A DNA stretch of 64,000 nt, taken from assembly GCA_049598335.1 (NCBI GenBank), contig JBMYNN010000001.1, forward strand, positions 16,083 to 80,082, written 5' to 3'. A program made the position numbers and the translations under genes. Origin of the DNA: Flavobacteriaceae bacterium. GTDB lineage: Bacteria; Bacteroidota; Bacteroidia; Flavobacteriales; Flavobacteriaceae. The notes under the pieces were generated by a model. It made no database searches. It saw only the letters and a program-made list of their open reading frames with translations, and was not told where the DNA came from. Shown here piece after piece: positions 11,446 through 20,914 of this stretch (positions within the stretch are counted from its first letter, which is position 1; every line of letters begins with the position of its first letter).

Positions 11446-12301
11446 GCAATCCTAGATTAAAAGTTTGTCCCATTCCAGAATTCTTTCCAGCAATAAAGTT
11501 GGTGTAAATCACCTCTAAGTTATGCACTTGATTGAGTTGGAGTTTCGCTCCGGCTCCTGCTGCTGTATATCCCTGGTTGATACTTCCCCCTAAATCGAAT
11601 AGTTGAGAATATTGAACCAATCCCAAAAGTGTGGTATTTGGGGTAGGAAAATAGCTAAAAAATACTCCAGGCGTAAGTCTGAAAGAATCATTGGCAAAAC
11701 TGTCTGTATTTTCTCCAAAGTTGAGTTCAGTATTTAACTCACTATAGATTTGTACTAGCCCATTTGGGGCTAAATAATCATAGAAAAAGCGGTTTTGAAA
11801 AGTGTATCCCTTTTGATCTAAAAAGATGCCGTCCTCTGTTTCATTTTCAAATAAGGGGATACTAAAAGAGGTCTGCACAGCAAAACGCGCCCAGTTTTTT
11901 ATAGGCGCAAATTTGATCGCCGGAGCAATACTACTTAGTCCATTGCGCCGATACTTTTGCGCTGAAAACCCAAAGGGCGCCAAAATGTTTTTTCCAAGAA
12001 TAGTATTTGAACGGTATTCTAATAGTACACCAACATTAAAGCGGTTGTCACTGCTCACTCCAGTAAAAACATCCAGCGAAGAAGTAAAAAAATTTTGGCG
12101 GGGAAATTCAGTTTTATTTCCTTGGTCATTCCTTCCTTTTACTTCTGTGTAAAGATTATTGAACCATTTGATATCCCATTGCCCTTGAGAAAGCATCTTA
12201 GAGGGAGTATAGGTTTGAATATTGGATTGAGGTTGGTCGATCTCCTCTTGTCCATAAACAAGGCAGGAGAAGAAACATAAGAGGGCGAAAAGCTTTTTCA
12301 T
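11429..12301 (-). CDS. putative outer-membrane beta-barrel protein, function unknown
   Basis: 290 aa with a signal peptide (MKKLFALLCFFSCLVYGQ) and alternating hydrophobic/aromatic strands. Its 3' end overlaps the downstream OMP gene by 17 nt. Confidence 0.5.
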   Translation of the reverse strand: MKKLFALLCFFSCLVYGQEEIDQPQSNIQTYTPSKMLSQGQWDIKWFNNLYTEVKGRNDQGNKTEFPRQNFFTSSLDVFTGVSSDNRFNVGVLLEYRSNTILGKNILAPFGFSAQKYRRNGLSSIAPAIKFAPIKNWARFAVQTSFSIPLFENETEDGIFLDQKGYTFQNRFFYDYLAPNGLVQIYSELNTELNFGENTDSFANDSFRLTPGVFFSYFPTPNTTLLGLVQYSQLFDLGGSINQGYTAAGAGAKLQLNQVHNLEVIYTNFIAGKNSGMGQTFNLGLRALFN

Positions 12302-12351
12302 CTATCGGTAGGTTAGTAAGATTGAGTATCTTAAAGGTATAAAAAAACAGC

Positions 12352-13032
12352 ATGCGCTTCTTTTACGCCCTCACTTTTCTCTTTCTATTAACACAATGTT
12401 CCCCTTTAAAACAATATCCGCGAAGTTCTTATGCTTGGGCTTCACCCGAAATAGAACACTTTAAAGCACTTAATAAAATGGATGCGCCAGACAATGCACT
12501 GCTATTTTTAGGGAGCTCCAGTATTCGATTGTGGGAAACTTTAGCAGAGGATATGACGCCTTATCCTGTAATCCAGCGAGGCTATGGGGGTGCCCATTTG
12601 CGGGATGCCATCTTTTATACAGATGGATTGTTAGGCGACTATCAACCCGCTATGATCATTGGTTTTATTGCAAATGATATCAAGGGCGATCCAGCAGACG
12701 AGTCCCCAGCTAAGGTCAAACGTCTCTTTAAATTTTTTCTAAAACAAATAAGAGCAAGACATCCAGAAACACCTATTTTATGGGTAGAAATTACCCCAAC
12801 AAAAAGTCGCTGGGCGCAGTGGGAAGAGATTAAAAAGGTTAATCAAAAAATTAAAGCTTACTGTGACAAAACAGACAATGTACATTTTGTCTCTACTGCA
12901 AATGCCTTTTTGGACGATAAAGGTTTCCCTAAAACAACACTTTTTGTGGAAGATCAATTGCACCTCAATCAAGAGGGCTATGCCCTGTGGTCTTCGATTA
13001 TTCGTAAAGAAATAGAGCGATTAATGAATTAA
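12352..13032 (+). CDS. SGNH/GDSL-family hydrolase (esterase/acylhydrolase)
   Basis: 226 aa with a signal/lipoprotein-like N-terminus (LLTQCS). SGNH blocks are visible: LFLGSSSIRLW (block I), GYGG (II), FIANDI (III), DQLHLN (V, DxxH). Confidence 0.7.
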   Translation: MRFFYALTFLFLLTQCSPLKQYPRSSYAWASPEIEHFKALNKMDAPDNALLFLGSSSIRLWETLAEDMTPYPVIQRGYGGAHLRDAIFYTDGLLGDYQPAMIIGFIANDIKGDPADESPAKVKRLFKFFLKQIRARHPETPILWVEITPTKSRWAQWEEIKKVNQKIKAYCDKTDNVHFVSTANAFLDDKGFPKTTLFVEDQLHLNQEGYALWSSIIRKEIERLMN

Positions 13033-13280
13033 GCTTCCTTTTGCTGTAAGCGTAAGGCCATGTAAGGGACTACATTAAAAAAGAGCCAAAATAGCTTGTA
13101 TATCCCCATTCCATAATAGAGGGTCTTTTCAAACTCTTCTAAGCTGCCGCTATAAAAATTTTGGTGAATGTGATAGACCTGTTCAGAGAGTAATAAGACC
13201 ACAAAATTGAAGAGTAAGAAGAAAAAATTGATCTTAGTGCATTTCCACAAAAAGGCTTTTAATTGAGCTAATGTCATCAT
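13029..13280 (-). CDS. small hypothetical membrane protein
   Basis: The track ORF (13029..13343) begins at TTG. The first ATG pair at 13280/13277 gives MMTLAQLKAFLWKCTKINFFFLLFNFVVLLL..., which has two hydrophobic helices. No family was recognised. Confidence 0.35.
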   Translation of the reverse strand: MMTLAQLKAFLWKCTKINFFFLLFNFVVLLLSEQVYHIHQNFYSGSLEEFEKTLYYGMGIYKLFWLFFNVVPYMALRLQQKEA

Positions 13281-13361
13281 TTCTTTGGTTTGCTTAAATT
13301 TAAGTATAATTTTTTTTCCAGCTAAACTAGCGATGGACAACAAATAACCATAACTTGAATT

Positions 13362-13392
13362 TAAAAAAATAACCGCCCAATAGGGCGGTTAT
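13362..13392 (-). terminator. rho-independent terminator downstream of leuB
   Basis: A 10-bp perfect stem (ATAACCGCCC / GGGCGGTTAT, 13369-13378 and 13383-13392) with a 4-nt loop. It is followed on the minus strand by a run of T (plus-strand A-run at 13363-13369, overlapping the first stem base), 27 nt past the leuB stop. Confidence 0.85.
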
Positions 13393-13418
13393 ATCAATAT
13401 TGTAAAGAGATGCAGCGC

Positions 13419-14486
13419 TTACGCTTTAGTAATTAATTCTGCTAAATAATCACCTACTTGAGAGGTTTTATAAGCTTTTCCTCCATTGGCAAGGTCTTCT
13501 GTTACATAGCCTTTTGCTAGAGATTGATCAACCACTTTGCGAATTAAAGTGCCTTCTTCATATAAGTTAAACGACATTTCAAACATCATTGCTGCAGACA
13601 AGATTGTCGCTAAAGGATTTGCAATGTCTAAGCCCGTAGCTTGTGGGAATGAACCGTGGATGGGCTCATATAAAGCGTTTTCACTTCCAACAGAAGCAGA
13701 GGGCATCAAGCCCATTGAACCAGAGATTACAGAGGCTTCATCGGTTAAAATATCTCCAAATAAATTTTCAGTAATCAGGACATCATAGGTATTAGGCCAT
13801 TGTACTAGGCGCATCGCTACAGCATCGACTAATTCATAAGACACTTCCACTTCTGGATAATCTTTTTCCATGCTTTGTACTGTTTCTCTCCAAAGACGAG
13901 AACTTTCTAATACATTGGCTTTATCGACACAACACAATTTTTTGGTTCGGGTCATGGCTAATTCAAAGCCTTTTTTTGCTAAGCGAATAATTTCGTCACG
14001 GGTATAAGTACAGGTATCAAAGGCGGTGTTTCCATTGTCTTTTCTTCCGCGTTCTCCAAAGTAAATTCCCCCAGTAAGTTCGCGTAAGAAAACTAAATCT
14101 GTTCCTTTAATGCGCTCTTGCTTAAGTGGAGATTTATCTAATAAGGATGGAAAAGTGAAGGTTGGACGCACATTGGCAAATAAGCCTAATTTTTTCCGCA
14201 TGCGCAACAATCCTTGTTCTGGACGAACTTTAGCCGAAGGATCATTGTCAAAACGTGGTAAACCAATGGCCCCAAACAAGACTGCATCTGCAGCTTCACA
14301 GACCGCGTGGGTTTCGTCTGGGTAAGGGTCTCCTACCGCATCAATGGCTGCTGCACCTGTTAGGGCAGGGGTCCAGTTGATTTTATGACCAAATTTTGTT
14401 GCAATGGCGTTACTTACTTTCACGGCTTGATCGATTACTTCTGGACCGATTCCGTCGCCGGCTAAAAGGGCAATATTCATGTTCAT
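13419..14486 (-). CDS. leuB: 3-isopropylmalate dehydrogenase
   Basis: Motifs LLAGDGIGPEV and NLFGDILTDEAS are present. Start chosen at MNMNIALLAGDG (ATG 14486), 2 nt after the upstream gene's stop. The track's 391-aa version adds an Arg-rich extension that overlaps the upstream CDS. Confidence 0.93.
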   Translation of the reverse strand: MNMNIALLAGDGIGPEVIDQAVKVSNAIATKFGHKINWTPALTGAAAIDAVGDPYPDETHAVCEAADAVLFGAIGLPRFDNDPSAKVRPEQGLLRMRKKLGLFANVRPTFTFPSLLDKSPLKQERIKGTDLVFLRELTGGIYFGERGRKDNGNTAFDTCTYTRDEIIRLAKKGFELAMTRTKKLCCVDKANVLESSRLWRETVQSMEKDYPEVEVSYELVDAVAMRLVQWPNTYDVLITENLFGDILTDEASVISGSMGLMPSASVGSENALYEPIHGSFPQATGLDIANPLATILSAAMMFEMSFNLYEEGTLIRKVVDQSLAKGYVTEDLANGGKAYKTSQVGDYLAELITKA

Positions 14487-14488
14487 AT

Positions 14489-16021
14489 TTATTGTGCTAT
14501 ACTGTTTAACATTTTTTCTGTCGCCTTGATGGCCGAAACGGTTTGATCTGAATCTAAACCGCGGGTAATGAATTCTTTTCCGTCTAATAGCCAAGTAATA
14601 CTCGTTTCACACAAGGCATCAGAATGGCTCCCTGGGGGAATATGTACGGCATAGTCGACTAATTGGGGGAGTTGTCTCTTTTTCTTTTTATACATTTTGC
14701 GAATGGCATTTAAAAAGGCATCATATTGCCCATCACCACTTGCATTTTCTTCTAATATTTCTCCCTCGATTTCTACCAAAACTGTTGTAGAGGGCTGTAA
14801 GCCTTTCGAATGGGTCAAAACATAAGACTTGATGGCCACGGTGTTCACGCTTGTTTCACTATCTAATACATCAGAGATGATATAGGGTAAATCGTGGGTA
14901 GTCACTTTTTGTTTTTTATCGCCTAATTCAATAATGCGCTGGGTCACTTGCTTTAGTTCCTCATCGTTTAGAGTTAATCCCAACTCTTGAAGGTTCTTTA
15001 TAATGTTAGCCTTCCCTGAAGTTTTGCCTAAAGCATAAGAGCGTTTTCGTCCAAAGCGTTCTGGTAAAAGATCGTTAAAATAGAGGTTCTTTTTTGAATC
15101 TCCGTCGGCGTGAATCCCGGCGGTTTGTGTAAAGACATTTGCTCCAACAATAGGTTTATTCGCTGGAATTCGAAAGCCGGTGAAGGTCGAAACCAATTGG
15201 CTTACCTTATATAAAGCTTTCTCTTTGATATTAGTCGTAACCGAAGGAACAAAGTCATTTATTACCGCTACAACAGAGGCTAGGGGAGCGTTGCCTGCGC
15301 GTTCTCCCATTCCATTGACTGTTAAGTGTAAACCGTGTACTCCAGCTTTTACCGCTTCCATAGCATTTGCTACCCCTAGATCGTAATCATTGTGTCCGTG
15401 GAAATCAAAATGTAAGCCTGGATAGCGTTTAATTATAGCCGAAAGGTATTCTGAGGTTTCACTAGGGGTTAAAACCCCTAAAGTATCGGGTAATAAAACC
15501 CTTGAGATGTTTTGGGTGGATAAAAAGTCCAAAAAAGCATAGACATAAGCAGAAGAATTACGCATGCCATTACTCCAGTCTTCCAGATAAATATTGGTAG
15601 TGATTCCCTTGCTTTCGGCAAGCGAAATATTTTCATTAATTCGGTTAAAATGTTGTTCTGGCGTAAGCTTCAATTGATGGGTCAAATGGTTGAGAGAACC
15701 TTTAGTCAAGAGATTTTGCACTTTTGCACCTGCTTCTTCCATCCATTGGATTGAAACCCCCTTATCGACAAAAGTCAAGATTTCAATTTGAGATAAGTGA
15801 CCATTTTCTGCAGCCCAATTGGTGATGCGTTTTACTGCGTCGAATTCGCCTTTAGACACTCGGGCAGAAGCAATCTCAATTCGATCTACGTTAAGTTCTT
15901 CAAGTAAAAGTTTAGCTAGTGTCAATTTTTCAGAAGCCGAAAAGGAAACCCCAGAGGTTTGTTCACCATCCCGCAGGGTGGTGTCCATGATTTCTATCTT
16001 TCGTGGTTTGGTTGCGCCCAA
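14489..16021 (-). CDS. LeuA/CimA-family synthase with C-terminal regulatory domain (citramalate synthase-like or second 2-isopropylmalate synthase)
   Basis: 510 aa with DTTLRDGEQ, an HFHGHNDYDLGVANA metal site, and a roughly 130-aa C-terminal extension of the LeuA-dimer/regulatory type. TTG at 16021 gives the conserved-looking [14 protein letters not shown] context. The alternative ATG is at 15988. Confidence 0.85.
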   Translation of the reverse strand: MGATKPRKIEIMDTTLRDGEQTSGVSFSASEKLTLAKLLLEELNVDRIEIASARVSKGEFDAVKRITNWAAENGHLSQIEILTFVDKGVSIQWMEEAGAKVQNLLTKGSLNHLTHQLKLTPEQHFNRINENISLAESKGITTNIYLEDWSNGMRNSSAYVYAFLDFLSTQNISRVLLPDTLGVLTPSETSEYLSAIIKRYPGLHFDFHGHNDYDLGVANAMEAVKAGVHGLHLTVNGMGERAGNAPLASVVAVINDFVPSVTTNIKEKALYKVSQLVSTFTGFRIPANKPIVGANVFTQTAGIHADGDSKKNLYFNDLLPERFGRKRSYALGKTSGKANIIKNLQELGLTLNDEELKQVTQRIIELGDKKQKVTTHDLPYIISDVLDSETSVNTVAIKSYVLTHSKGLQPSTTVLVEIEGEILEENASGDGQYDAFLNAIRKMYKKKKRQLPQLVDYAVHIPPGSHSDALCETSITWLLDGKEFITRGLDSDQTVSAIKATEKMLNSIAQ

Positions 16022-16030
16022 AATATAGCC

Positions 16031-16627
16031 TTATAAAGGAGTGTTGGCCGCAAAATCGCGGATGTTGTCTTTGATGTTCAACAAGTAATCAATGTCATCA
16101 AACCCATTCATCATATTGTCTTTCTTGTAGCTGTTAATGTCAAAGGCTTCCGAAGCACCAGTACTACTAATGGTAATGGTTTGAGCGGGTAAATCAACTA
16201 CTAATTCAGTGGTTGCGTCTTCTTCAATTGCCGCATAAATATCTGCGAGAAAAGCTGGAGAAACTTGAACGGGTAACACCCCGATATTCAAACAGTTGTT
16301 TTTAAAGATATCGGCAAAGAAACTCGACACGACACAACGAAACCCGTAATCATAAACGGCCCAAGCGGCGTGTTCCCTTGAAGAGCCAGAACCAAAGTTC
16401 TTTCCTCCAACAAGAATTTTCCCGCTGTATTTTGGGTTGTTTAATACAAAGTCTTCTTTTGGGCTGTCATCTTGATTATATCGCCAATCGCGAAATAAAT
16501 TATCGCCAAAGCCTTTTCGCTCTGTCGCTTTTAAGAAACGAGCAGGGATGATTTGATCGGTATCAACATTTTCAATGGGGAGGGGAACGGCAGTGCTGGT
16601 AAGCACATTAAATTTATCGTATGCCAT
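16031..16627 (-). CDS. leuD: 3-isopropylmalate dehydratase small subunit
   Basis: 198 aa in the aconitase swivel family (GKNFGSGSSREHA). Confidence 0.95.
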   Translation of the reverse strand: MAYDKFNVLTSTAVPLPIENVDTDQIIPARFLKATERKGFGDNLFRDWRYNQDDSPKEDFVLNNPKYSGKILVGGKNFGSGSSREHAAWAVYDYGFRCVVSSFFADIFKNNCLNIGVLPVQVSPAFLADIYAAIEEDATTELVVDLPAQTITISSTGASEAFDINSYKKDNMMNGFDDIDYLLNIKDNIRDFAANTPL

Positions 16628-16630
16628 AGT

Positions 16631-18025
16631 TTATAGTAAGGTTCTTGGATCGGTTACTTTTCCGGTAACTGCTGCAGCTGCAGCAACGATAGGACTGGCC
16701 AAAAGTGTTCTTGAACCAGGGCCTTGACGCCCTTCAAAATTTCGGTTTGAGGTACTCACTGCATATTTACCTGCAGGGATTTTATCGTCGTTCATGGCTA
16801 AACAAGCAGAACAACCCGGCTCTCTAAGTTCAAAGCCTGCATTGTGAAGTTCCTCTAGGATACCTTCTTCTTTAATCGCTTCCAATACTTTGTGTGAACC
16901 AGGAACTAACCATGCTGTTACGTTATCTGCCTTTTTTCGTCCTTTGATGATTTCTGCAAAAGCACGGAAATCTTCAATGCGACCATTGGTACAACTTCCT
17001 AAGAAGACAAAGTCGATGGGTTTTCCAATCATATCTTCTCCTTCGTTGTAGCCCATATAGGCCAAAGATTTTTTATAAGTTGCTTCACCACCCTCAACTG
17101 CTTCTGCGGTGGGAATTCCATTTGTGATCCCCATTCCCATTCCAGGGTTAGTACCATAAGTAATCATGGGTTCAATTTCACTGGCATCGAAATGGTATTC
17201 TTTATCAAAAGAAGCGCCTTGGTCTGTATGAAGTGTATCCCAATAAGTTTTCGCCTTATCCCAAGCTATTCCCGTTGGGGTGAACTCACGTCCTTTGATA
17301 TAGTCAAATGTTTTTTCGTCTGGTGCAATCATTCCACCACGTGCTCCCATTTCAATAGAAAGATTACAAACAGTCATGCGACCTTCCATGGTCATAGAAG
17401 TAAAGACATCTCCAGCATATTCTACAAAGTATCCTGTCGCACCAGAGGTGGTTAATCGAGAAATAATATAAAGCGCAACATCTTTAGGAGTAACGCCTTT
17501 TCCTAATTCACCGTTAATATTAATACGCATGCTTTTTGGTTTGGGCTGCATAATACATTGGGTCGAAAGTACCATTTCTACTTCAGAGGTTCCAATCCCA
17601 AAGGCGATCGCTCCAAAGGCACCATGGGTAGAAGTATGTGAATCTCCACAAACAATGGTAGCTCCTGGCTGAGTGATACCATATTCTGGTCCTACAACAT
17701 GAACAATACCGTTTTTCTCATGCCCTAATCCCCAATAAGAGATCCCATGTGCAGCAGCGTTTTCTTCTAAGGCTTTCAATTGATTCGCCGAAAGAGGATC
17801 TTCGACAGGAAGGTGTTGGTTAATGGTGGGTGTATTGTGATCTGCTGTCGCAAAAGTTCGTTCTGGGTACAATACAGAAATATTTCTGTTTTTTAATCCT
17901 AAAAAGGCTACGGGACTTGTAACTTCATGAACCATGTGGCGGTCAATAAACAGTATGTCGGGTCCGTCTTTAACTTGTTGAACAACGTGAGAGTCCCAAA
18001 CTTTATCAAAAAGTGTTTTCTTCAT
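16631..18025 (-). CDS. leuC: 3-isopropylmalate dehydratase large subunit
   Basis: 464 aa with aconitase-family Fe-S ligand contexts ([24 protein letters not shown]). Confidence 0.95.
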   Translation of the reverse strand: MKKTLFDKVWDSHVVQQVKDGPDILFIDRHMVHEVTSPVAFLGLKNRNISVLYPERTFATADHNTPTINQHLPVEDPLSANQLKALEENAAAHGISYWGLGHEKNGIVHVVGPEYGITQPGATIVCGDSHTSTHGAFGAIAFGIGTSEVEMVLSTQCIMQPKPKSMRININGELGKGVTPKDVALYIISRLTTSGATGYFVEYAGDVFTSMTMEGRMTVCNLSIEMGARGGMIAPDEKTFDYIKGREFTPTGIAWDKAKTYWDTLHTDQGASFDKEYHFDASEIEPMITYGTNPGMGMGITNGIPTAEAVEGGEATYKKSLAYMGYNEGEDMIGKPIDFVFLGSCTNGRIEDFRAFAEIIKGRKKADNVTAWLVPGSHKVLEAIKEEGILEELHNAGFELREPGCSACLAMNDDKIPAGKYAVSTSNRNFEGRQGPGSRTLLASPIVAAAAAVTGKVTDPRTLL

Positions 18026-18045
18026 TGGTGAAGGAATAGAATGGT

Positions 18046-19200
18046 TTATAATTGAGCTGCTTCAACAATTTTAGAAATATCGTCGTCGCTAATTTCTTTT
18101 TGTAAATCGGCAAATTTAAGAAACTGCTGATATACTTTATCTAATTGGAGTTTATCTAGTTCAATACCTACGTTTTTAGCACGGTAAGCCAAGGCAGCAC
18201 GCCCAGAACGCGCAGTCAAAACAATTGCAGATTCTGTTACTCCCACATCATGTGGATCCATAATTTCATAGGTTTCCCTATTCTTTATTACTCCATCTTG
18301 GTGAATTCCAGAACTATGGGCAAAGGCATTGGCTCCTACAACAGCCTTATTGGGTTGTACGACCATCCCCATACTATCTGAAACCAAACGGCTGGTATCG
18401 TATAATAATGTCGAATTGATATTAGTGTCTAAATCTAGGGTAGGATGTTGTCGCATAATCATCACAACTTCTTCTAAAGAAGTATTTCCTGCGCGTTCAC
18501 CTATCCCATTAATGGTACACTCAATTTGTCTTGCTCCATTGAGAATCCCCGCAATAGAATTAGCAGTGGCAAGCCCTAAATCGTTATGGCAGTGACAAGA
18601 TAAAGTTGCTTTGTGAATTCCATTAACATTTTCTTTTAAGTATTTTATCTTTGCGCCATACTCTTCTGGTAAACAATAGCCCGTGGTATCTGGAATATTC
18701 AATACAGTCGCCCCAGCTTTTACTACCGCTTCGCAAACACTAGCAAGGAATTCATTGTCAGTTCTACCAGCATCCTCGGCATAAAATTCAACATCCTCTA
18801 CAAAAGACTTGGCATAAGTTACTGCAGCAACAGCCCGCTCAATGATTTCTTCGCGTGTGGCGTTAAATTTGTATTTGATGTGTGAGTCAGAGGTGCCAAT
18901 ACCTGTATGAATACGTGGTCTTTTGGCCAACTTTAATGCATCTGCGGCAACTTCAATGTCTTTTTTGACCGCACGAGTCAATCCACAAACCGTGGCGTTT
19001 TTGACCAACTTGGCAATTTCTTCGACAGAATGAAAATCCCCTGGACTAGAAATAGGAAAACCAGCTTCAATTATATCCACCCCAAGAAGGTCGAGACGTT
19101 CTGCGATAATTAGCTTATTTTTGGTATCTAATTTACAGCCCGGAACTTGTTCTCCGTCTCTTAAAGTAGTGTCAAATATTTGTACTTGTTCTTTTGCCAT
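18046..19200 (-). CDS. leuA: 2-isopropylmalate synthase, short form lacking the C-terminal regulatory domain
   Basis: 384 aa with [10 protein letters not shown] and [13 protein letters not shown]. It ends shortly after the catalytic TIM barrel and subdomains. It is the first gene of the leu operon. Confidence 0.88.
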   Translation of the reverse strand: MAKEQVQIFDTTLRDGEQVPGCKLDTKNKLIIAERLDLLGVDIIEAGFPISSPGDFHSVEEIAKLVKNATVCGLTRAVKKDIEVAADALKLAKRPRIHTGIGTSDSHIKYKFNATREEIIERAVAAVTYAKSFVEDVEFYAEDAGRTDNEFLASVCEAVVKAGATVLNIPDTTGYCLPEEYGAKIKYLKENVNGIHKATLSCHCHNDLGLATANSIAGILNGARQIECTINGIGERAGNTSLEEVVMIMRQHPTLDLDTNINSTLLYDTSRLVSDSMGMVVQPNKAVVGANAFAHSSGIHQDGVIKNRETYEIMDPHDVGVTESAIVLTARSGRAALAYRAKNVGIELDKLQLDKVYQQFLKFADLQKEISDDDISKIVEAAQL

Positions 19201-19342
19201 GGAAACCTTAAATTTCTATTAACGAAAATAGTATTTATTGGTTAAACTGCTTTATTTTTATCCAAAATTCTTTACGATTTCTAACATTCTTAGTTGATTT
19301 GTAATTATTTTATTTTCATATATTTATACCAAAATTAGCCCT

Positions 19343-20914
19343 ATGACTACCGATCATAAAGAAAATTTATTCATTCTTGTAAAATCGCTCTCTAAATCAG
19401 AAAAGCGACAATTTAAATTATATGCTGGTAGAGTAGAGGCAAATCAAAATGCTAAGTTCCTATATCTATTCAATCTATTGGATCGAGCAAAAGAGTATAA
19501 TGAAAAAGAAATTTTAAAGAGAAACTTTGTAACTAAACAGCAACTATCAAATCTCAAAGCTCATCTTTATCGTCAAATCTTGGTTAGTTTGAGGATGAAT
19601 CCTTCCATACAAAATACCCGAATGCAGATTAGAGAGCAGTTAGATTTTGCCACGGTTTTATATCAAAAAGGCCTCTACAAACAAAGCTTAAAAATTCTAG
19701 AAAAGGCTAAAAATATTGCATATCGCTTTGAAGAAAAATATCTGGCTTTTGAAATTGTAGAGTTGGAAAAAGTAATTGAATCACAATATATTACAAGAAG
19801 TATGAGCAATCGTGCAGAACAGTTGATTCAAGACGCTACAGCCCTTTCAGAGCAAAATGAATTATGCAGTGAATTATCGAATCTCTCCTTACAATTATAC
19901 GAGCGTTTGATCAAAGCAGGTTATGCAAAAAGTGATGAAGAATATAGAGAAGTGACAAAATTCTTTTTTGAACGCCTCCCCAATGTAGAATATGAACAAT
20001 TGAGCTTTAGAGAACGCATGTGGTATTGTAAGGCTCATGTTTGGTATAGCTTATTGACCCAAGATTTTTTGTCCAGTTATAAATATGCGACTCGATGGGT
20101 AGAATTATTTCGTCAATTCCCTCGCATGATAGAATCACATCCTGTATTTTATCTCAAGGCCAATAATTTCTTGTTAGAAGCGATCGTCTTGATTAAACAT
20201 CCAGAGCGATTTAAAACTGTCTTAAAGGATATGAAAGTCGTTTTAGCTTCTGATAAATTTCCAAAAAATGACAATCTAAAAGCAATGAGTTTTCTTTACA
20301 CCTATAACAATCAATTAAACCTGTATTTTTTAGTGGGAGAATTCAAGGCAGGGCTAGCAATCGCACCAATAATTTTAGACCATATTGAAACCTTTCAAAG
20401 CAAAATAGATCCGCATCATATCATGCTTTTGTACTATAAATTAGGCTGTCTTTATTTTGGATGTCAAGACTATGAAAACGCCATTATATATTTGAATAAG
20501 ATTGTTCAAAATAAAGGCCTTAAAATGCGACAAGATTTGCTTTGTTTTACACGTGTTTTAAACCTTGTTGCCCATTATGAAGCGGGATATGATTATCATA
20601 TCGATACACATATAAGGGATACTTATAAGTTTTTATTGAAAATGGACGATCTACACGAAGTGCAAAAATCTATGATTAGTTTTATTAGAAAGTTGGGGGA
20701 TATTTATCCTCACGAGCTAAAAAAGCACTTTAAAAAATTGCATGCAGAACTAAAACAATATGAGGACGATCCATACGAAAGAAGGGCGTTCTTGTACTTA
20801 GATATTTTATCTTGGTTAGAAAGTAAAATAGAAAATAAGCCTATCGCACAAATTATTAAGATGAAGGCTTTGAGGCATCAGCGTCAACACAAACCCTCCA
20901 TAGCGCATCTTTAG
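19343..20914 (+). CDS. conserved hypothetical protein, all-helical and TPR-like
   Basis: 523-aa uninterrupted ORF with an ATG start. Composition is helix-rich with repeated Y/L/K-rich about 34-aa segments (e.g. YKLGCLYFGCQDYENAIIYLNKIV). No catalytic motif was recognised. Confidence 0.55.
   Translation: MTTDHKENLFILVKSLSKSEKRQFKLYAGRVEANQNAKFLYLFNLLDRAKEYNEKEILKRNFVTKQQLSNLKAHLYRQILVSLRMNPSIQNTRMQIREQLDFATVLYQKGLYKQSLKILEKAKNIAYRFEEKYLAFEIVELEKVIESQYITRSMSNRAEQLIQDATALSEQNELCSELSNLSLQLYERLIKAGYAKSDEEYREVTKFFFERLPNVEYEQLSFRERMWYCKAHVWYSLLTQDFLSSYKYATRWVELFRQFPRMIESHPVFYLKANNFLLEAIVLIKHPERFKTVLKDMKVVLASDKFPKNDNLKAMSFLYTYNNQLNLYFLVGEFKAGLAIAPIILDHIETFQSKIDPHHIMLLYYKLGCLYFGCQDYENAIIYLNKIVQNKGLKMRQDLLCFTRVLNLVAHYEAGYDYHIDTHIRDTYKFLLKMDDLHEVQKSMISFIRKLGDIYPHELKKHFKKLHAELKQYEDDPYERRAFLYLDILSWLESKIENKPIAQIIKMKALRHQRQHKPSIAHL

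Noticed and set aside
14487-14594. N-terminal extension of leuB in the track ORF (MAIRRKRIHYPRFRFRSNRFGHQGDRKNVKQYSTIN...).
   Set aside because: The extension overlaps the 3' end of the upstream LeuA/CimA paralogue in another frame and is Arg-rich junk. The conserved LeuB N-terminus (MNIALLAGDGIGPEV) begins at the ATGs at 14486/14480.
19201-19342. Search for a Leu-rich leader peptide or T-box upstream of leuA. Tiny minus-strand ORFs MKIK* and MLEIVKNFG* were noted.
   Set aside because: Neither mini-ORF is enriched in Leu codons, no terminator/antiterminator pair follows, and no T-box-like conserved sequence was recognised.
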